Assembly (NCBI GenBank): GCA_003154195.1
Contig: PMCS01000015.1
Coordinates: 1 to 61,796 of the forward strand
Reading direction: 5' to 3'
DNA from: Candidatus Omnitrophota bacterium
GTDB taxonomy: Bacteria; Omnitrophota; Gorgyraeia; Duberdicusellales; 4484-171
Length of the DNA stretch: 61,796 nt
Shown here: piece after piece, positions 10,488-20,339 of the stretch
Layout: the number at the start of each line of letters is the position of its first letter
Numbering within the stretch: the first letter of the stretch is position 1
Translations under genes and position numbers: made by a program
Notes under the pieces: model-generated
Told to the model about the DNA's origin: nothing
Database searches by the model: none
The model's input: the letters and a program-made list of their open reading frames with translations, nothing else

Positions 10488-12056
10488 ATGATGGACAAAG
10501 CATGGAAAACCGCGCGAGAAGTTTTAAAAAATAATTTTAGCTTATGCCTGGTGATATTTGTTTTTTTCGCTTCCCGAATTATCTATTTTTTTTATTTCGG
10601 TGTTCGTTTTGACTGCATTCCCTTAAGTTACTTTTGGCAATTTATCGACCCGGAGCTCTTAAAAAATAATTTGCTTCAAAGCGTCTATTATCTTCACAGC
10701 CAGCCCCCGCTGTTTAATCTCTTTTTGGGAATCGTATTGAAGTTATTCCCCAAAAACTATTCCGCGGCCTTTTGCCTGGTTTATATGGCTATCGGAGCCA
10801 TGTTTTGCGTCACATTGTTTATGGTGATGACGGAACTCGGCGTACGGCCTCCCTTAAGCGCCGGATTGGCATGTTTGTTCGCCGTAAACCCCCTGGTAGT
10901 AGATCATGAAAATTGGCTTTTTTATGAATATCCGACTGCCGCCCTTCTAACCGCGGCGGCGCTATTCCTGCATCGATTCAGCGTTAACAAAAAAACTTCT
11001 GATTGTTTTATTTTTTTTCTGATTCTAACCTTAGTCGTCTACATCAGAGGTTTACTCAGTTTGTATTGGTTTTTATCGATTCTAATGCTCCTGCTGGCAT
11101 TTAATTTGGGCCAATGGAAAAATATCGTTAAAGGATGCGCATTCCCGCTCATCCTGATTCTTGCTTTATACCTGAAACAATACGTGGTTTTCGGTACTTT
11201 TTCCATCAGCGACGCGCAAATCGGACAAAATTTAGCGATCAGCACAACCAGCTCGCTACCCAAGAAAACGTTGAATGCCTTAATCGCACAGAATAAAATA
11301 AGTGGATTAAGCCGAACTGATATATTTTCTTTAGATTTTCCACGGTATGCCTCTTACGGAATTCACCGAAAAAAGACCAACGTGCCCGTTCTGGACGAAA
11401 CTCAAAAATCAACCGGGATAGTCAATACTCACAGCTTAATCTATCTTGATGTCGGAAGGCGCGATTTAAAGGACGCGGCCTATCTTTTAAAGCGTTACCC
11501 TGTGATTGTTTTGCGCAAGCGTATAAAAAAGCTGGTTAAAAATTATTTTTTAACCACTGACCAGTGCGCGCCATATGTTGAGAACCGCTCACCGCGATGG
11601 AAAACATGGAGAAATATTTATAAAAGGTTTTTCCTGGGAGCAACCGCCAACGGCAAATCGGCATTTCTTACCGCGGTACTGCCGTTTTTGCTTATATACG
11701 GCTTTTTTTCGCTTTTCCGGCCTTTCACGACCGGGGCCCCACGGGGCGACGTCCCGTCCCGCTTTCATCCCTCACCTACCGGCGGGGGTATAATAAAACC
11801 AAGTCCCGCCGTTTACGGCAGGCCAGGTTTTATTACCGCTAACGGGATAAAAGGGGTAAGCCATTCTCCGGGAATGGTTATTATTTTTATGATTACTACA
11901 ATCTTTTTTTTAATTGTTTCTACCCCATTTTTGATGTCGGAGCAGACCAGGTATCGCTTCATGGTCGACCCATTTTATTTGATATTATTCGGATTATTTT
12001 TAAATGACGCCGGGAATATGTTGGCCGGCCGTCGAAGCACTCAGCTGTCTTCTTAA
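10488..12056 (+). CDS. Polytopic membrane protein, probable GT-C (ArnT/PMT-like) glycosyltransferase, with a 39-aa palindromic-repeat insertion
   Basis: Many TM segments, HSQPPLF motif, C-terminal RYRFMVDPF; paralog of 12321..13781. Start placed by alignment with the paralog. Confidence 0.7.
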   Translation: MMDKAWKTAREVLKNNFSLCLVIFVFFASRIIYFFYFGVRFDCIPLSYFWQFIDPELLKNNLLQSVYYLHSQPPLFNLFLGIVLKLFPKNYSAAFCLVYMAIGAMFCVTLFMVMTELGVRPPLSAGLACLFAVNPLVVDHENWLFYEYPTAALLTAAALFLHRFSVNKKTSDCFIFFLILTLVVYIRGLLSLYWFLSILMLLLAFNLGQWKNIVKGCAFPLILILALYLKQYVVFGTFSISDAQIGQNLAISTTSSLPKKTLNALIAQNKISGLSRTDIFSLDFPRYASYGIHRKKTNVPVLDETQKSTGIVNTHSLIYLDVGRRDLKDAAYLLKRYPVIVLRKRIKKLVKNYFLTTDQCAPYVENRSPRWKTWRNIYKRFFLGATANGKSAFLTAVLPFLLIYGFFSLFRPFTTGAPRGDVPSRFHPSPTGGGIIKPSPAVYGRPGFITANGIKGVSHSPGMVIIFMITTIFFLIVSTPFLMSEQTRYRFMVDPFYLILFGLFLNDAGNMLAGRRSTQLSS

Positions 12057-12060
12057 TCCT

Positions 12061-12091
12061 CAAAAAATGCGATTTTAAATCGCATTTTTTG
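12061..12091. terminator. Perfect hairpin, probable bidirectional intrinsic terminator
   Basis: caaaaaatgcgattt-t-aaatcgcattttttg directly after the stop codon. Confidence 0.6.
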
Positions 12092-12145
12092 GGTTATGAT
12101 AACGTACCGACACTGGAGAAAAACACATAAGTTCACATTCCGGTA

Positions 12146-12259
12146 AACCCCGTTAGAGAACTTCGTTCTCTAACGGCATGGCGCGACGGCGGCATTAAAC
12201 CGCCGTCTGCTTCTGGATATATCCCACCGACTCCATCGGTGGCTTTCTCTAACGGGGTA
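12146..12259. repeat. REP-like palindrome family ACCCCGTTAGA...TCTAACGGGGT
   Basis: Same termini at 17113-17148, 18753-18803 and a partial copy at 26281-26294. Confidence 0.75.
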
Positions 12260-12320
12260 AATTGCCTAAACCAAACGTATTATTTATACGCCGACGGCGT
12301 ACCGAAGTAGAAAATCAAGG

Positions 12321-13781
12321 ATGCGTCCACCGATGAACCAAGCAACAAAAACCGCGCGAGAGTTTTTAAAAAATCATTCCCCCTTATGCCTGGTGATATT
12401 TGTTTTTTTCGCCTCACGGGTAATTTATTTTTTTTATTTCGGCGTGCGTTTCGATTGCGTTCCTTTGTATTGCTTCTGGCAATTCATCGACCCGGAACTT
12501 CTAAAAAATAATTTACTTCAGAGCGTCTATTATCTTCACAGCCAGCCCCCGCTGTTTAATCTCTTTTTGGGAATCGTATTGAAGTTATTTCCTGCAAATT
12601 ACCCGACAGTGTTTTATCTGATATATATGGCCATCGGCGTTCTGTTTTGCGTCACGTTGTTTATACTAATGACCGAAATGGGCATGCGGCCATCCTTAAG
12701 CGCGGGATTAACATGTTTATTCACCGCAAGCCCCCTGGTCGTCGATTATGAAAATTGGCTTTTTTACGAATATCCCACCGCCGCCCTTTTAATTGCAGGG
12801 GCGCTATTCCTACATCGATTCAGCGTCAACAAAAAGACCTCGGATAGTTTTATTTTTTTTCTGATCCTGGCCCTGATTGTCTATATCCGAGGGTTGCTCA
12901 GTTTGTATTGGTTCTTATTGGTCCTGATAATTCTACTGGCATTTAATTCCGGCCAACGGAAAAAAATCATTAACGGATGCGCGATACCGCTTATCTTGAT
13001 TCTGGCTTTATACACTAAACAATACGTAATTTTTGACACTTTTTCCATCAGCGACGCGCTAATCGGACAAAATCTAATCGGTACCGCAACCGAAGCGCTG
13101 CCTAGAAACACGATAGGTGCTTTAACCGCACAGGGCAAAATCACCGGATTAAATCGCTGGGATATATTTTCCCTGGATTTTCCCCGGTATGAATCTTATG
13201 GGATTCACCGAAAAAAAACCGGCATACCGATTCTGGATGAAACTAAAAAATCAACCGGATTCGTCAATGCGCATAACTTGATCTACCTTGACGCCGGAAG
13301 ACGCGATCTTAAGGACGCAGCCTATCTTTTAGCCCATTATCCAATGCCGATCTTGCGCAATCGTATAGAAAATCTGGTTGAAAATTATTATTTAACCACC
13401 GACCAGATCAATCCGCCCGTCTATGACCGCACGCCACGATGGGAAGCATGGAGAGACTGGTACAAAAAGTTTTTCCTGGGAGCAACCAGCGACGGCAAAT
13501 CATTGTTACTTACCACGGGACTGCAGTTTTTGCTTATCTACGGATTTTTTTTGCTTTTTTGGCCCTTCGCGACAAAAGAAATAATCCATCCTCCGAAAAT
13601 GGTTATTACTTTCATGATCACCACGATATTTTTTTTAATGGTTCCTACGCAATTTGTAATAGATGGGCAGAACCGATATCGCTTCATGGTCGACCCATTT
13701 TATTTGATATTATTCGGATTATTTTTAAATGATGCGTGGAAGATATTGTCCGGCAGCAGAAGGCCTATAAATGATGGGTGA
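12321..13781 (+). CDS. Polytopic membrane protein, probable GT-C glycosyltransferase (tandem paralog)
   Basis: High similarity to the preceding gene (FWQFIDPELLKNNLLQSVYYLHSQPPLFNLFLG identical). Confidence 0.7.
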   Translation: MRPPMNQATKTAREFLKNHSPLCLVIFVFFASRVIYFFYFGVRFDCVPLYCFWQFIDPELLKNNLLQSVYYLHSQPPLFNLFLGIVLKLFPANYPTVFYLIYMAIGVLFCVTLFILMTEMGMRPSLSAGLTCLFTASPLVVDYENWLFYEYPTAALLIAGALFLHRFSVNKKTSDSFIFFLILALIVYIRGLLSLYWFLLVLIILLAFNSGQRKKIINGCAIPLILILALYTKQYVIFDTFSISDALIGQNLIGTATEALPRNTIGALTAQGKITGLNRWDIFSLDFPRYESYGIHRKKTGIPILDETKKSTGFVNAHNLIYLDAGRRDLKDAAYLLAHYPMPILRNRIENLVENYYLTTDQINPPVYDRTPRWEAWRDWYKKFFLGATSDGKSLLLTTGLQFLLIYGFFLLFWPFATKEIIHPPKMVITFMITTIFFLMVPTQFVIDGQNRYRFMVDPFYLILFGLFLNDAWKILSGSRRPINDG

Positions 13782-13951
13782 AGGATGGGGGAATATTCCA
13801 TTGCCCAATATAATTTTCAGAGGTAGAATAATACCTGATTCGACTATCCCGTTACCCTAAAATAACTATAATTTAGGTGCGGGATGTCCCGAACCTAAAT
13901 TAATTTATTCAAGGAAACGGGACTACCGCCTCACTAAACGCGCTTCGCGCG

Positions 13952-13996
13952 TAATGAAACTAAGTCCCGCCGTTTACGGCGGGCCAGGTTTCATTA
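13952..13996. repeat. Palindromic element, also found in frame at 11791-11835
   Basis: taatgaaactaagtcccgccgtttacggcgggccaggtttcatta vs taataaaaccaagtcccgccgtttacggcaggccaggttttatta. Confidence 0.85.
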
Positions 13997-14262
13997 GTTT
14001 GGCAAAGTCTCATTAAAATTAAGAAAAAATGTCAATTTTGAATTACATAACACGCCATCGCTAATCAGAACAGCCGGGGAAGCAACACCCGGCTGTATTT
14101 ATGAAGCGGGGCAAGTCCAGTGTCCCCGGAATTCCCCCCGGCATTAAAACCTTCGACTGACCGCTGGATGCGTTGCGTAGAGATGGTAAAAATGATTTGC
14201 CTTTGATAATTTTTGTAAAAATTGTCAAAGGCAAGTCTTAGTAATAAAAAAGGTTGGAACTG

Positions 14263-16092
14263 ATGCCGAATCAAAAAAGAAGAAAAGATGTGCGCAACAT
14301 TGCGATCGTCGCGCACGTTGATCATGGAAAAACAACACTGGTCGACACGCTGCTTAAGTATACGGGCGCCTATAAGTTCGAAGAGGGCGAGGCAACGATC
14401 ATGGATTCAAACCCTATCGAGAAAGAGAGGGGGATTACGATTTTTTCAAAGAACGCCTCATTCAACTACAAAGGCGTGCAATGTAATATCGTGGATACGC
14501 CGGGGCATGCCGATTTCGGAAGCGAAGTGGAGCGCATCCTGGAAATGGTCGACGGGGTGCTCCTTCTGGTCGATGCCGTAGACGGGCCGATGCCCCAGAC
14601 AAAATTTGTGCTGAAAAAATCTCTTGAACTCCATTTAAGGCCGATCCTGGTGATCAATAAAATCGACCGGCCCAACGCGCGTCCGGATGAAGTCGCCAAT
14701 ATGACCTTTGACCTTTTCTGCGAGCTTAACGCCTCCGATGAACAGCTCGATTTTCCCATAGTTTATGCTTCCGGACGGGAAGGGTATGCCACTCTTGACC
14801 TTGATGAACCCAGCGATAACATCAAGCCCCTGTTGGATACTATTCTGCACCGGGTGTTGCCCCCCATTGCCAATCCCGACCTTCCCTTCCAGATGCTGGT
14901 GACGATGCTTGACCATAATTCATATTTTGGGCGCATTGCCATCGGGCGCATCTTTCATGGAACGATACGGGTTAACGATCCCGTTGCCCGCGTGAAATGC
15001 GATGGTAAGGTTATCACGACTAAAGTAACCAAAATTATGAAGTATAAAGGCCTGGTTCCCGTGGACGCCAATGAGGCGATGGCCGGCGATATTATCATGA
15101 TCACCGGCATCGAAGGCGTGTCGATCGGAGAAACTCTTGCCTGCGTTGATAACCCCAAGGCCCTGCCGGCGGTAAAGATCGACGAGCCGACGATATCGAT
15201 GAATTTTTCCCATAACACCAGCCCTCTTGCCGGTAAAGACGGGGGCGTATTCCTGACCTCGCGCCATATTCGCGAATACCTTGAACATGAAGCGATGGTG
15301 AATGTCGGCATAAAGGTCGAGGCAATCGACCGGGGCGAAAGATTTAAGGTTTCCGGCCGGGGGGAGCTTCATCTGGAAGTCCTCATCGAGACAATGCGCC
15401 GCAAGGGATATGAATTGGAAGTTTCAAGGCCCCAGGTAATTTTAAAGAAGGTGGGCGACCAGGTCTTAGAGCCGTTAGAAGTAGTGGTAATCGAAGTAGA
15501 CAGCATATACCAGGGCGCGGTGGTGCAGACGCTGGGAGAGCGCAAAGCGGAGATGAAAGACCTGAAGATTACCTCCTCTAACACCATACGGATGGAATTT
15601 AATATTACCTCAAGAGCGTTGATGGGATTCAGGAGCGAATTTTTGTTGATGACGCATGGCAGCGGCATTATGTGCCAGAATTTTCTCGAATACCAGGCCT
15701 ATAAGGGCGATATGCCGACGCGCCGAAAAGGTGTTTTGGTTTCCAAAGGCGATGGAAAAGTAGTTGCGTTCGCGCTTGAGAACCTGCAGGAACGGGGAGA
15801 GATTTTTGTCGAGCCGGGAGATGTGGCGTACGAAGGTATGATTGTAGGTGTGACCAATAAGGGTGGCGATATAATTGTAAATCCGCAGAAGGAGAAGAAA
15901 TTAACCAATATGCGCTCTTCAACTTGCGACATTGCGGTTCAATTGGTACCTTCGCGGAAAATCACTCTTGAATTCGCGCTGGTGTTCATCGATGATGATG
16001 AGCTGGTCGAGATCACCCCGCTTAATATACGGCTCAGAAAGGCGCAGTTAAGAACAGTAGACAGAACGCGCAGGTCCGGAAGGCACAATTAA
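14263..16092 (+). CDS. typA: Translational GTPase TypA/BipA
   Basis: RNIAIVAHVDHGKTTLVD, ERGITI, DTPGHADFG, NKID, GRGELHL, KKLTNMRS, ELVEITP motifs. Confidence 0.97.
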   Translation: MPNQKRRKDVRNIAIVAHVDHGKTTLVDTLLKYTGAYKFEEGEATIMDSNPIEKERGITIFSKNASFNYKGVQCNIVDTPGHADFGSEVERILEMVDGVLLLVDAVDGPMPQTKFVLKKSLELHLRPILVINKIDRPNARPDEVANMTFDLFCELNASDEQLDFPIVYASGREGYATLDLDEPSDNIKPLLDTILHRVLPPIANPDLPFQMLVTMLDHNSYFGRIAIGRIFHGTIRVNDPVARVKCDGKVITTKVTKIMKYKGLVPVDANEAMAGDIIMITGIEGVSIGETLACVDNPKALPAVKIDEPTISMNFSHNTSPLAGKDGGVFLTSRHIREYLEHEAMVNVGIKVEAIDRGERFKVSGRGELHLEVLIETMRRKGYELEVSRPQVILKKVGDQVLEPLEVVVIEVDSIYQGAVVQTLGERKAEMKDLKITSSNTIRMEFNITSRALMGFRSEFLLMTHGSGIMCQNFLEYQAYKGDMPTRRKGVLVSKGDGKVVAFALENLQERGEIFVEPGDVAYEGMIVGVTNKGGDIIVNPQKEKKLTNMRSSTCDIAVQLVPSRKITLEFALVFIDDDELVEITPLNIRLRKAQLRTVDRTRRSGRHN

Positions 16093-16176
16093 AAGCAGTA
16101 GGCAGAACGCGGAGGAGCAGAAAATCAAGCTCCCCAGCCTTGCTAAGGATAAAGGGGCCAGCGCCCTTTAAAATAG

Positions 16177-16206
16177 TTGCTTTCGCTAAACATATTTTGC
16201 TATAAT
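16177..16206 (+). promoter_or_regulatory. Sigma70-type promoter
   Basis: TTGCTT-18 bp-TATAAT with an extended TGn. Confidence 0.5.
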
Positions 16207-16225
16207 ACCCTACCGATGGCAGAAA

Positions 16226-16318
16226 ATGAACCTCCCTGCGGCAAGCCGCAGGGTATAACTGCGACTAATCGTTTTTCTGCGCCTACGGCTTGAAAAACTC
16301 AAGTCTTAGTAATAAAAA
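16226..16318. repeat. IS200/IS605-end-like hairpin element (ccctgcggcaagccgcagggta) plus a conserved downstream segment
   Basis: Repeated at 36301-36489. Related hairpins at 22848-22872, 22912-22938 and ~27984-28000. Confidence 0.65.
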
Positions 16319-16382
16319 ACGGAAAATTTAAATTAAGGGGACACTGTCCCCTTAATTCGAAATCAAATCCGGGAGGAAAAAT

Positions 16383-17111
16383 ATGCCAAAAAAACACCTG
16401 GTCGTTTTAATGCTCGGCCTCTTAGCCTTCATTCATGCCGATTTTGCCCTGGCGACGTCGCAAAAGCAGCAAGAGGCGGCAAAAAAGTGGCAAGAGCTTC
16501 CTTACGTGGGAAATTTTAGTTATACGCCCCCCGCCCAAGAAACACCTGCCGCGGCGGGAGTAACTTTTGCGATTGTAGACCTTTATCAAACCGAGGGCTT
16601 TGCGCCCTGGCTTGCCTGGCCGCAATTTGCCGATTTCAATGCGGCGTTAAAACGGGATTTAACCAAAATTTTTGAGGCAAAGGGCCTTAGCGTGCGCGGC
16701 TCTTTTGATTCTTACGAGTTAATTCCGTTCCAGGATAAAAAGATGAGCGACATGTACGTAATTCCCGTGTTGGAATTATGGGGCACCCCGGGAAAAGATT
16801 TTGAATATACGGTCAGTGGAAAATTCACTATCGTGTTGAAAGAGATCATCACCGGCGAGCTGATGTGGTCGAAAGTCATTCCCTTATCCGGCTTTAGCGC
16901 GCAACATCTGGGTACTTTTCGTCCTAAGGAAAAAGGCAACTTTGACACTATCTCGGATTTTCTGAACACCGGGAATAGAAATGATGTGGTTAAGGGGATT
17001 GAGAAACAGTATCCTGACTTCATGGCTACCATGGCCAAGTTAATCGACGCGGAGGAAATGGGGATAATCAAAAAGCAGTGCCGGGAGATCAGGAGTAAAA
17101 AGGGGTACTAG
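16383..17111 (+). CDS. Secreted hypothetical protein
   Basis: GGAGG RBS; N-terminal signal peptide. Confidence 0.8.
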   Translation: MPKKHLVVLMLGLLAFIHADFALATSQKQQEAAKKWQELPYVGNFSYTPPAQETPAAAGVTFAIVDLYQTEGFAPWLAWPQFADFNAALKRDLTKIFEAKGLSVRGSFDSYELIPFQDKKMSDMYVIPVLELWGTPGKDFEYTVSGKFTIVLKEIITGELMWSKVIPLSGFSAQHLGTFRPKEKGNFDTISDFLNTGNRNDVVKGIEKQYPDFMATMAKLIDAEEMGIIKKQCREIRSKKGY

Positions 17112-17194
17112 TAAACCCTAGTTAGAGAACAAAGCTCTCTAACGGGGTGAGAGGAAACCATGTTCCCGGAATTCCAAGAAAAGGGGAGAAAAAA

Positions 17195-17587
17195 ATGAAA
17201 AAAGCGTTAGTCATCGCGTTGGTCTGCCTGGCTGCATCGCCGCCATGGTTTATCTCCAAGGTTATGGCGCAGAATAAACCGGTTAATTCTCTTAAGGGCG
17301 GCGCGGCAACATCTTTAAACAACCCCGGCAATGGTTTAGACAAACTGCGGGCAGAAGACGCAAGGCTGATCGAGGAAATAAACAGCCTCAACCGGGAATT
17401 AACCCAGTTGATGGCCCAAAAGAAGCCTGACCAAAAAAAGATAAAGGTTTGCCAGGAAAAACTGATGGCTGACCAGATGAAGCTTCAGCAAAATATGCAG
17501 AACGAAAGTGAGTTGATGAAGACAATGCAAAAAATGATGAAGGCAGAGTCGGATACGCGGAATAAAATAATAAATAATATGCGGTAG
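17195..17587 (+). CDS. Secreted coiled-coil hypothetical protein
   Basis: GGAG RBS; MKKALVIALVCL signal peptide; helical Q/M-rich body. Confidence 0.75.
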   Translation: MKKALVIALVCLAASPPWFISKVMAQNKPVNSLKGGAATSLNNPGNGLDKLRAEDARLIEEINSLNRELTQLMAQKKPDQKKIKVCQEKLMADQMKLQQNMQNESELMKTMQKMMKAESDTRNKIINNMR

Positions 17588-17710
17588 GGGGAGGACGTGG
17601 AGCCTCCCCGAAGGGGACAGAGAAAAAAGTAAAGAGGGCGGAAATAATCAGGTACGCACCCCCGGAATTTTAACCGCCCAAAATACCGGGGATAAATCAA
17701 GGAGGTTAAG

Positions 17711-17848
17711 ATGCTCAAGTATCGATTTGCTTTCTCTTTAATCGCATTAGTTATGTTATTCGGCATTTTAAGCGGGTGCGACAATCGAACCGGCTTTGAA
17801 AAAGGCGTTGACAAGACTGCAGATAAGATTAAGGACATCGCTAAATAA
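17711..17848 (+). CDS. Small lipoprotein (45 aa), not in the ORF track
   Basis: GGAGG RBS; MLKYRFAFSLIALVMLFGILSG|CDNRTGFEKGVDKTADKIKDIAK with lipobox LSGC. Confidence 0.75.
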   Translation: MLKYRFAFSLIALVMLFGILSGCDNRTGFEKGVDKTADKIKDIAK

Positions 17849-17967
17849 TTCAGGTTTTTTATCACGAAGCGAAAGTCACTTTGCGTTCCCGGAATTGCCT
17901 TGTCACAAAAAGTATATATTTGTTGTGGCAAAGCAATTCCGGGCTTATATCTTTCAGGCAGGCAAAT

Positions 17968-18618
17968 ATGAAAAAATTAATTGCGGCAGGAATTTTGATT
18001 TTGTTTTGCGCGGGGGTTGCGGCCGGCCTTTCATGCTCGCAGGGCACCAGCGCCAAAACGACCAATGCGATGACGGCCGGCAAGCCGGAACTAAATTTAA
18101 AATTGGCCATGCGAAAACTCTGGGAAGAGCACATCGCGTATACGCGAAACTATATTACCAGTGCCCTGGCAAATACCGAAGACACCGCCACGATTGCCCA
18201 AAGGCTGCTCAGCAACCAGAATGATATCGGAAATGCCCTGAAAACATATTATGGAGACGCGGCAGGAAAGAGATTAACCGCGTTACTGCGCCAGCACGTC
18301 TCGATTATCATCGAAATAATGAAAGTAGCCAGTATAAACAATAACGAAAGCCTAAACAAAGCCAACAAAAGATGGCACGCGAATGCGCAGGAAATTGCTG
18401 TTTTCTTAAACGAAGTCAACCCGAACTGGCCCACAAAAAACATGGCTGAAATCCTGCATGAACACCTTAACCTTACCGCGGGACAAATTGTATCAAGGCT
18501 CAAAAAAGACTGGATAGCCGATATCGGCTGTTACGACCGGGGCCATGACCATATTATCATGCTTGCCGACACCCTCACTGACGGCATCATAAAACAATTC
18601 CCCGATAAATTTAAATAA
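17968..18618 (+). CDS. Exported conserved helical protein with conserved His residues (LWEEH..YTR family)
   Basis: Signal peptide; MRKLWEEHIAYTR, LLRQH, LHEHL motifs. Confidence 0.75.
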   Translation: MKKLIAAGILILFCAGVAAGLSCSQGTSAKTTNAMTAGKPELNLKLAMRKLWEEHIAYTRNYITSALANTEDTATIAQRLLSNQNDIGNALKTYYGDAAGKRLTALLRQHVSIIIEIMKVASINNNESLNKANKRWHANAQEIAVFLNEVNPNWPTKNMAEILHEHLNLTAGQIVSRLKKDWIADIGCYDRGHDHIIMLADTLTDGIIKQFPDKFK

Positions 18619-18902
18619 TGAACCGCTCAAAAACCGGGGATTCAGGTGCGATTTTGGCGGCGCGAACGCATAAGACCAATAATCCCGCAGATTTTGGCCA
18701 AAAACCCAAAAAATACCCCTTTTTTCCGCCATTCTGCACCATTTGGTGTATTTACCCCGTTAGAAATTACGGTTATTCAAGATAACCTATTTCTAACGGG
18801 GTTTACTTTTCCTCAAAATGTGATATAAGGGAAGCTCCGGCAATAAAAGGTAGGATAAAGCCTATAAATTGAGGGAAAAGATCAATAGGGGAGGTGTAAG
18901 AT

Positions 18903-19451
18903 ATGAAAAAGATACTTCGCGCATTGGTTGCTGTAGCGTTTTCCAGTTCTTTGTGTTTCATGCCGCATGTCTTAGCAGAAACTTCACCCCAAGCAACAGC
19001 CCAAAAAGCTTCCGGGACCATAGGAGAAAAACGCGAACACCATGGGCGCTATTCTCAAGGACAGGATGGAGGCGATGAATTACGCAAGGAAATCGAATCA
19101 TTAGAGCAAAAACTTAAAATGTTATATTCGCAAATCGAACCGATTGAAGCTCAAACTAAACCATTGCGTTTACAGATTAAAGAACAGCTTGAACCCCAGA
19201 TTAAACCCTTACGGCAAAAGATCGAAGAAATCGAGGCCCAGGCTAAACCAATACGCTTACAGATCGCGCAAATCGAGGCCCAGGCTAAACCGATACGTTT
19301 ACAGATCGAACAGATCGAGGCGCAGGCTAAACCGCTTAGAGACCAGGTTCGCTTGATAAATGACGAAATAAAAGTAAAAAGAGACAAGCTCAGGCTTTTA
19401 CGCGATAAATCCGAGGGGCATCGCGAACAACCTCAGGGGCAACGTCAATAA
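18903..19451 (+). CDS. Secreted coiled-coil protein with 14-aa tandem repeats
   Basis: GGAGG RBS; repeats of IEAQAKPIRLQIxQ (about 42-nt units at ~19130-19345). Confidence 0.85.
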   Translation: MKKILRALVAVAFSSSLCFMPHVLAETSPQATAQKASGTIGEKREHHGRYSQGQDGGDELRKEIESLEQKLKMLYSQIEPIEAQTKPLRLQIKEQLEPQIKPLRQKIEEIEAQAKPIRLQIAQIEAQAKPIRLQIEQIEAQAKPLRDQVRLINDEIKVKRDKLRLLRDKSEGHREQPQGQRQ

Positions 19452-19476
19452 GCGTTGGTATGAAAATAACGATGAC

Positions 19477-19542
19477 GCAGCAGCCAACGGCTATATCGAA
19501 ACTGCCAATTTGTTAAAGCAAGCTGCGGCTAAAACGAAATGA
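19477..19542 (+). pseudogene. Orphan 3' end of an ankyrin gene
   Basis: Reads AAANGYIETANLLKQAAAKTK*, matching the LLKQAGA C-termini of the three ankyrin genes. Confidence 0.6.
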
Positions 19543-19577
19543 TTAAATATTTCTGACCCTGTTAAACGGAGGAAAAA

Positions 19578-20045
19578 ATGAAGAAAATATTTATTGTTGC
19601 AGTGGTGGTTGGTTTTGTTGTTCTTACCTTCGGGCCGGCCAAGCGCGCGATGGCGCAGCTTAGCGCTGGAGTGTCGAGGGTAGACTTTTGGGCCATGCTG
19701 GGCGGTGCGGACGATCCCGTGGCAAAAAAAGCATTCACGGAATTGATAAATAACGGCGTCAACTCCCAGGAAGCAAAAAGTATCGTCGACCAGGCCATAA
19801 AAGAAGCGAAAGCCCAGAAGCTGACCGGTAAAGCCCTGGAAGCAAAGCTTGATGGTGTAGTCAAGGCACGATTGGCGATAGTTAATAACCAAGCTATGGC
19901 GGTGCAAAATGCTAAAATGAGCGAGGCTAATTTTAAAAAACTGCAGGACAAGATACAGATGAATCAGCAAGCGATGCAGAAAAATAAAATAGAAACGGCA
20001 AAAAGAATCAATGCGAATATCACAGCGGCAGTAACGGGCAATTGA
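19578..20045 (+). CDS. Secreted hypothetical protein
   Basis: GGAGG RBS; signal peptide ending AMA|Q. Confidence 0.8.
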   Translation: MKKIFIVAVVVGFVVLTFGPAKRAMAQLSAGVSRVDFWAMLGGADDPVAKKAFTELINNGVNSQEAKSIVDQAIKEAKAQKLTGKALEAKLDGVVKARLAIVNNQAMAVQNAKMSEANFKKLQDKIQMNQQAMQKNKIETAKRINANITAAVTGN

Positions 20046-20074
20046 CAAGAAGTATAAAACAGCTAAAAAAATTG

Positions 20075-20240
20075 AAGCTCCACCGGCTTACACCGGTGGA
20101 ATCTTGTTGTTAGCTTCGGCGAAGCGCCCGCAGCGGCGAGGTCTTGTCTCGGCGCCGCCAGGGCGGCGCTGGACGGAAAAACCTCGCCGAAGCGAAATTA
20201 CCCACCCTCACAAGTGGGGAATTCCGCGAAGGCGGGTTAA
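20075..20240. repeat. Multi-hairpin element, possibly an IS200/IS605-derived MITE
   Basis: Hairpins ccaccggcttacaccggtgg and cttcggcga...tcgccgaag; ends in gcgaaggcgggttaa. Confidence 0.45.
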
Positions 20241-20339
20241 GAATAAAAGATGATGATTCATGGCTGTTGGTTTTGCCTGTGACTTTGCGATATGCTGTCT
20301 TTGTGACTTTTAAAGACCTGCAAAAAAAGGAGAAGACTT

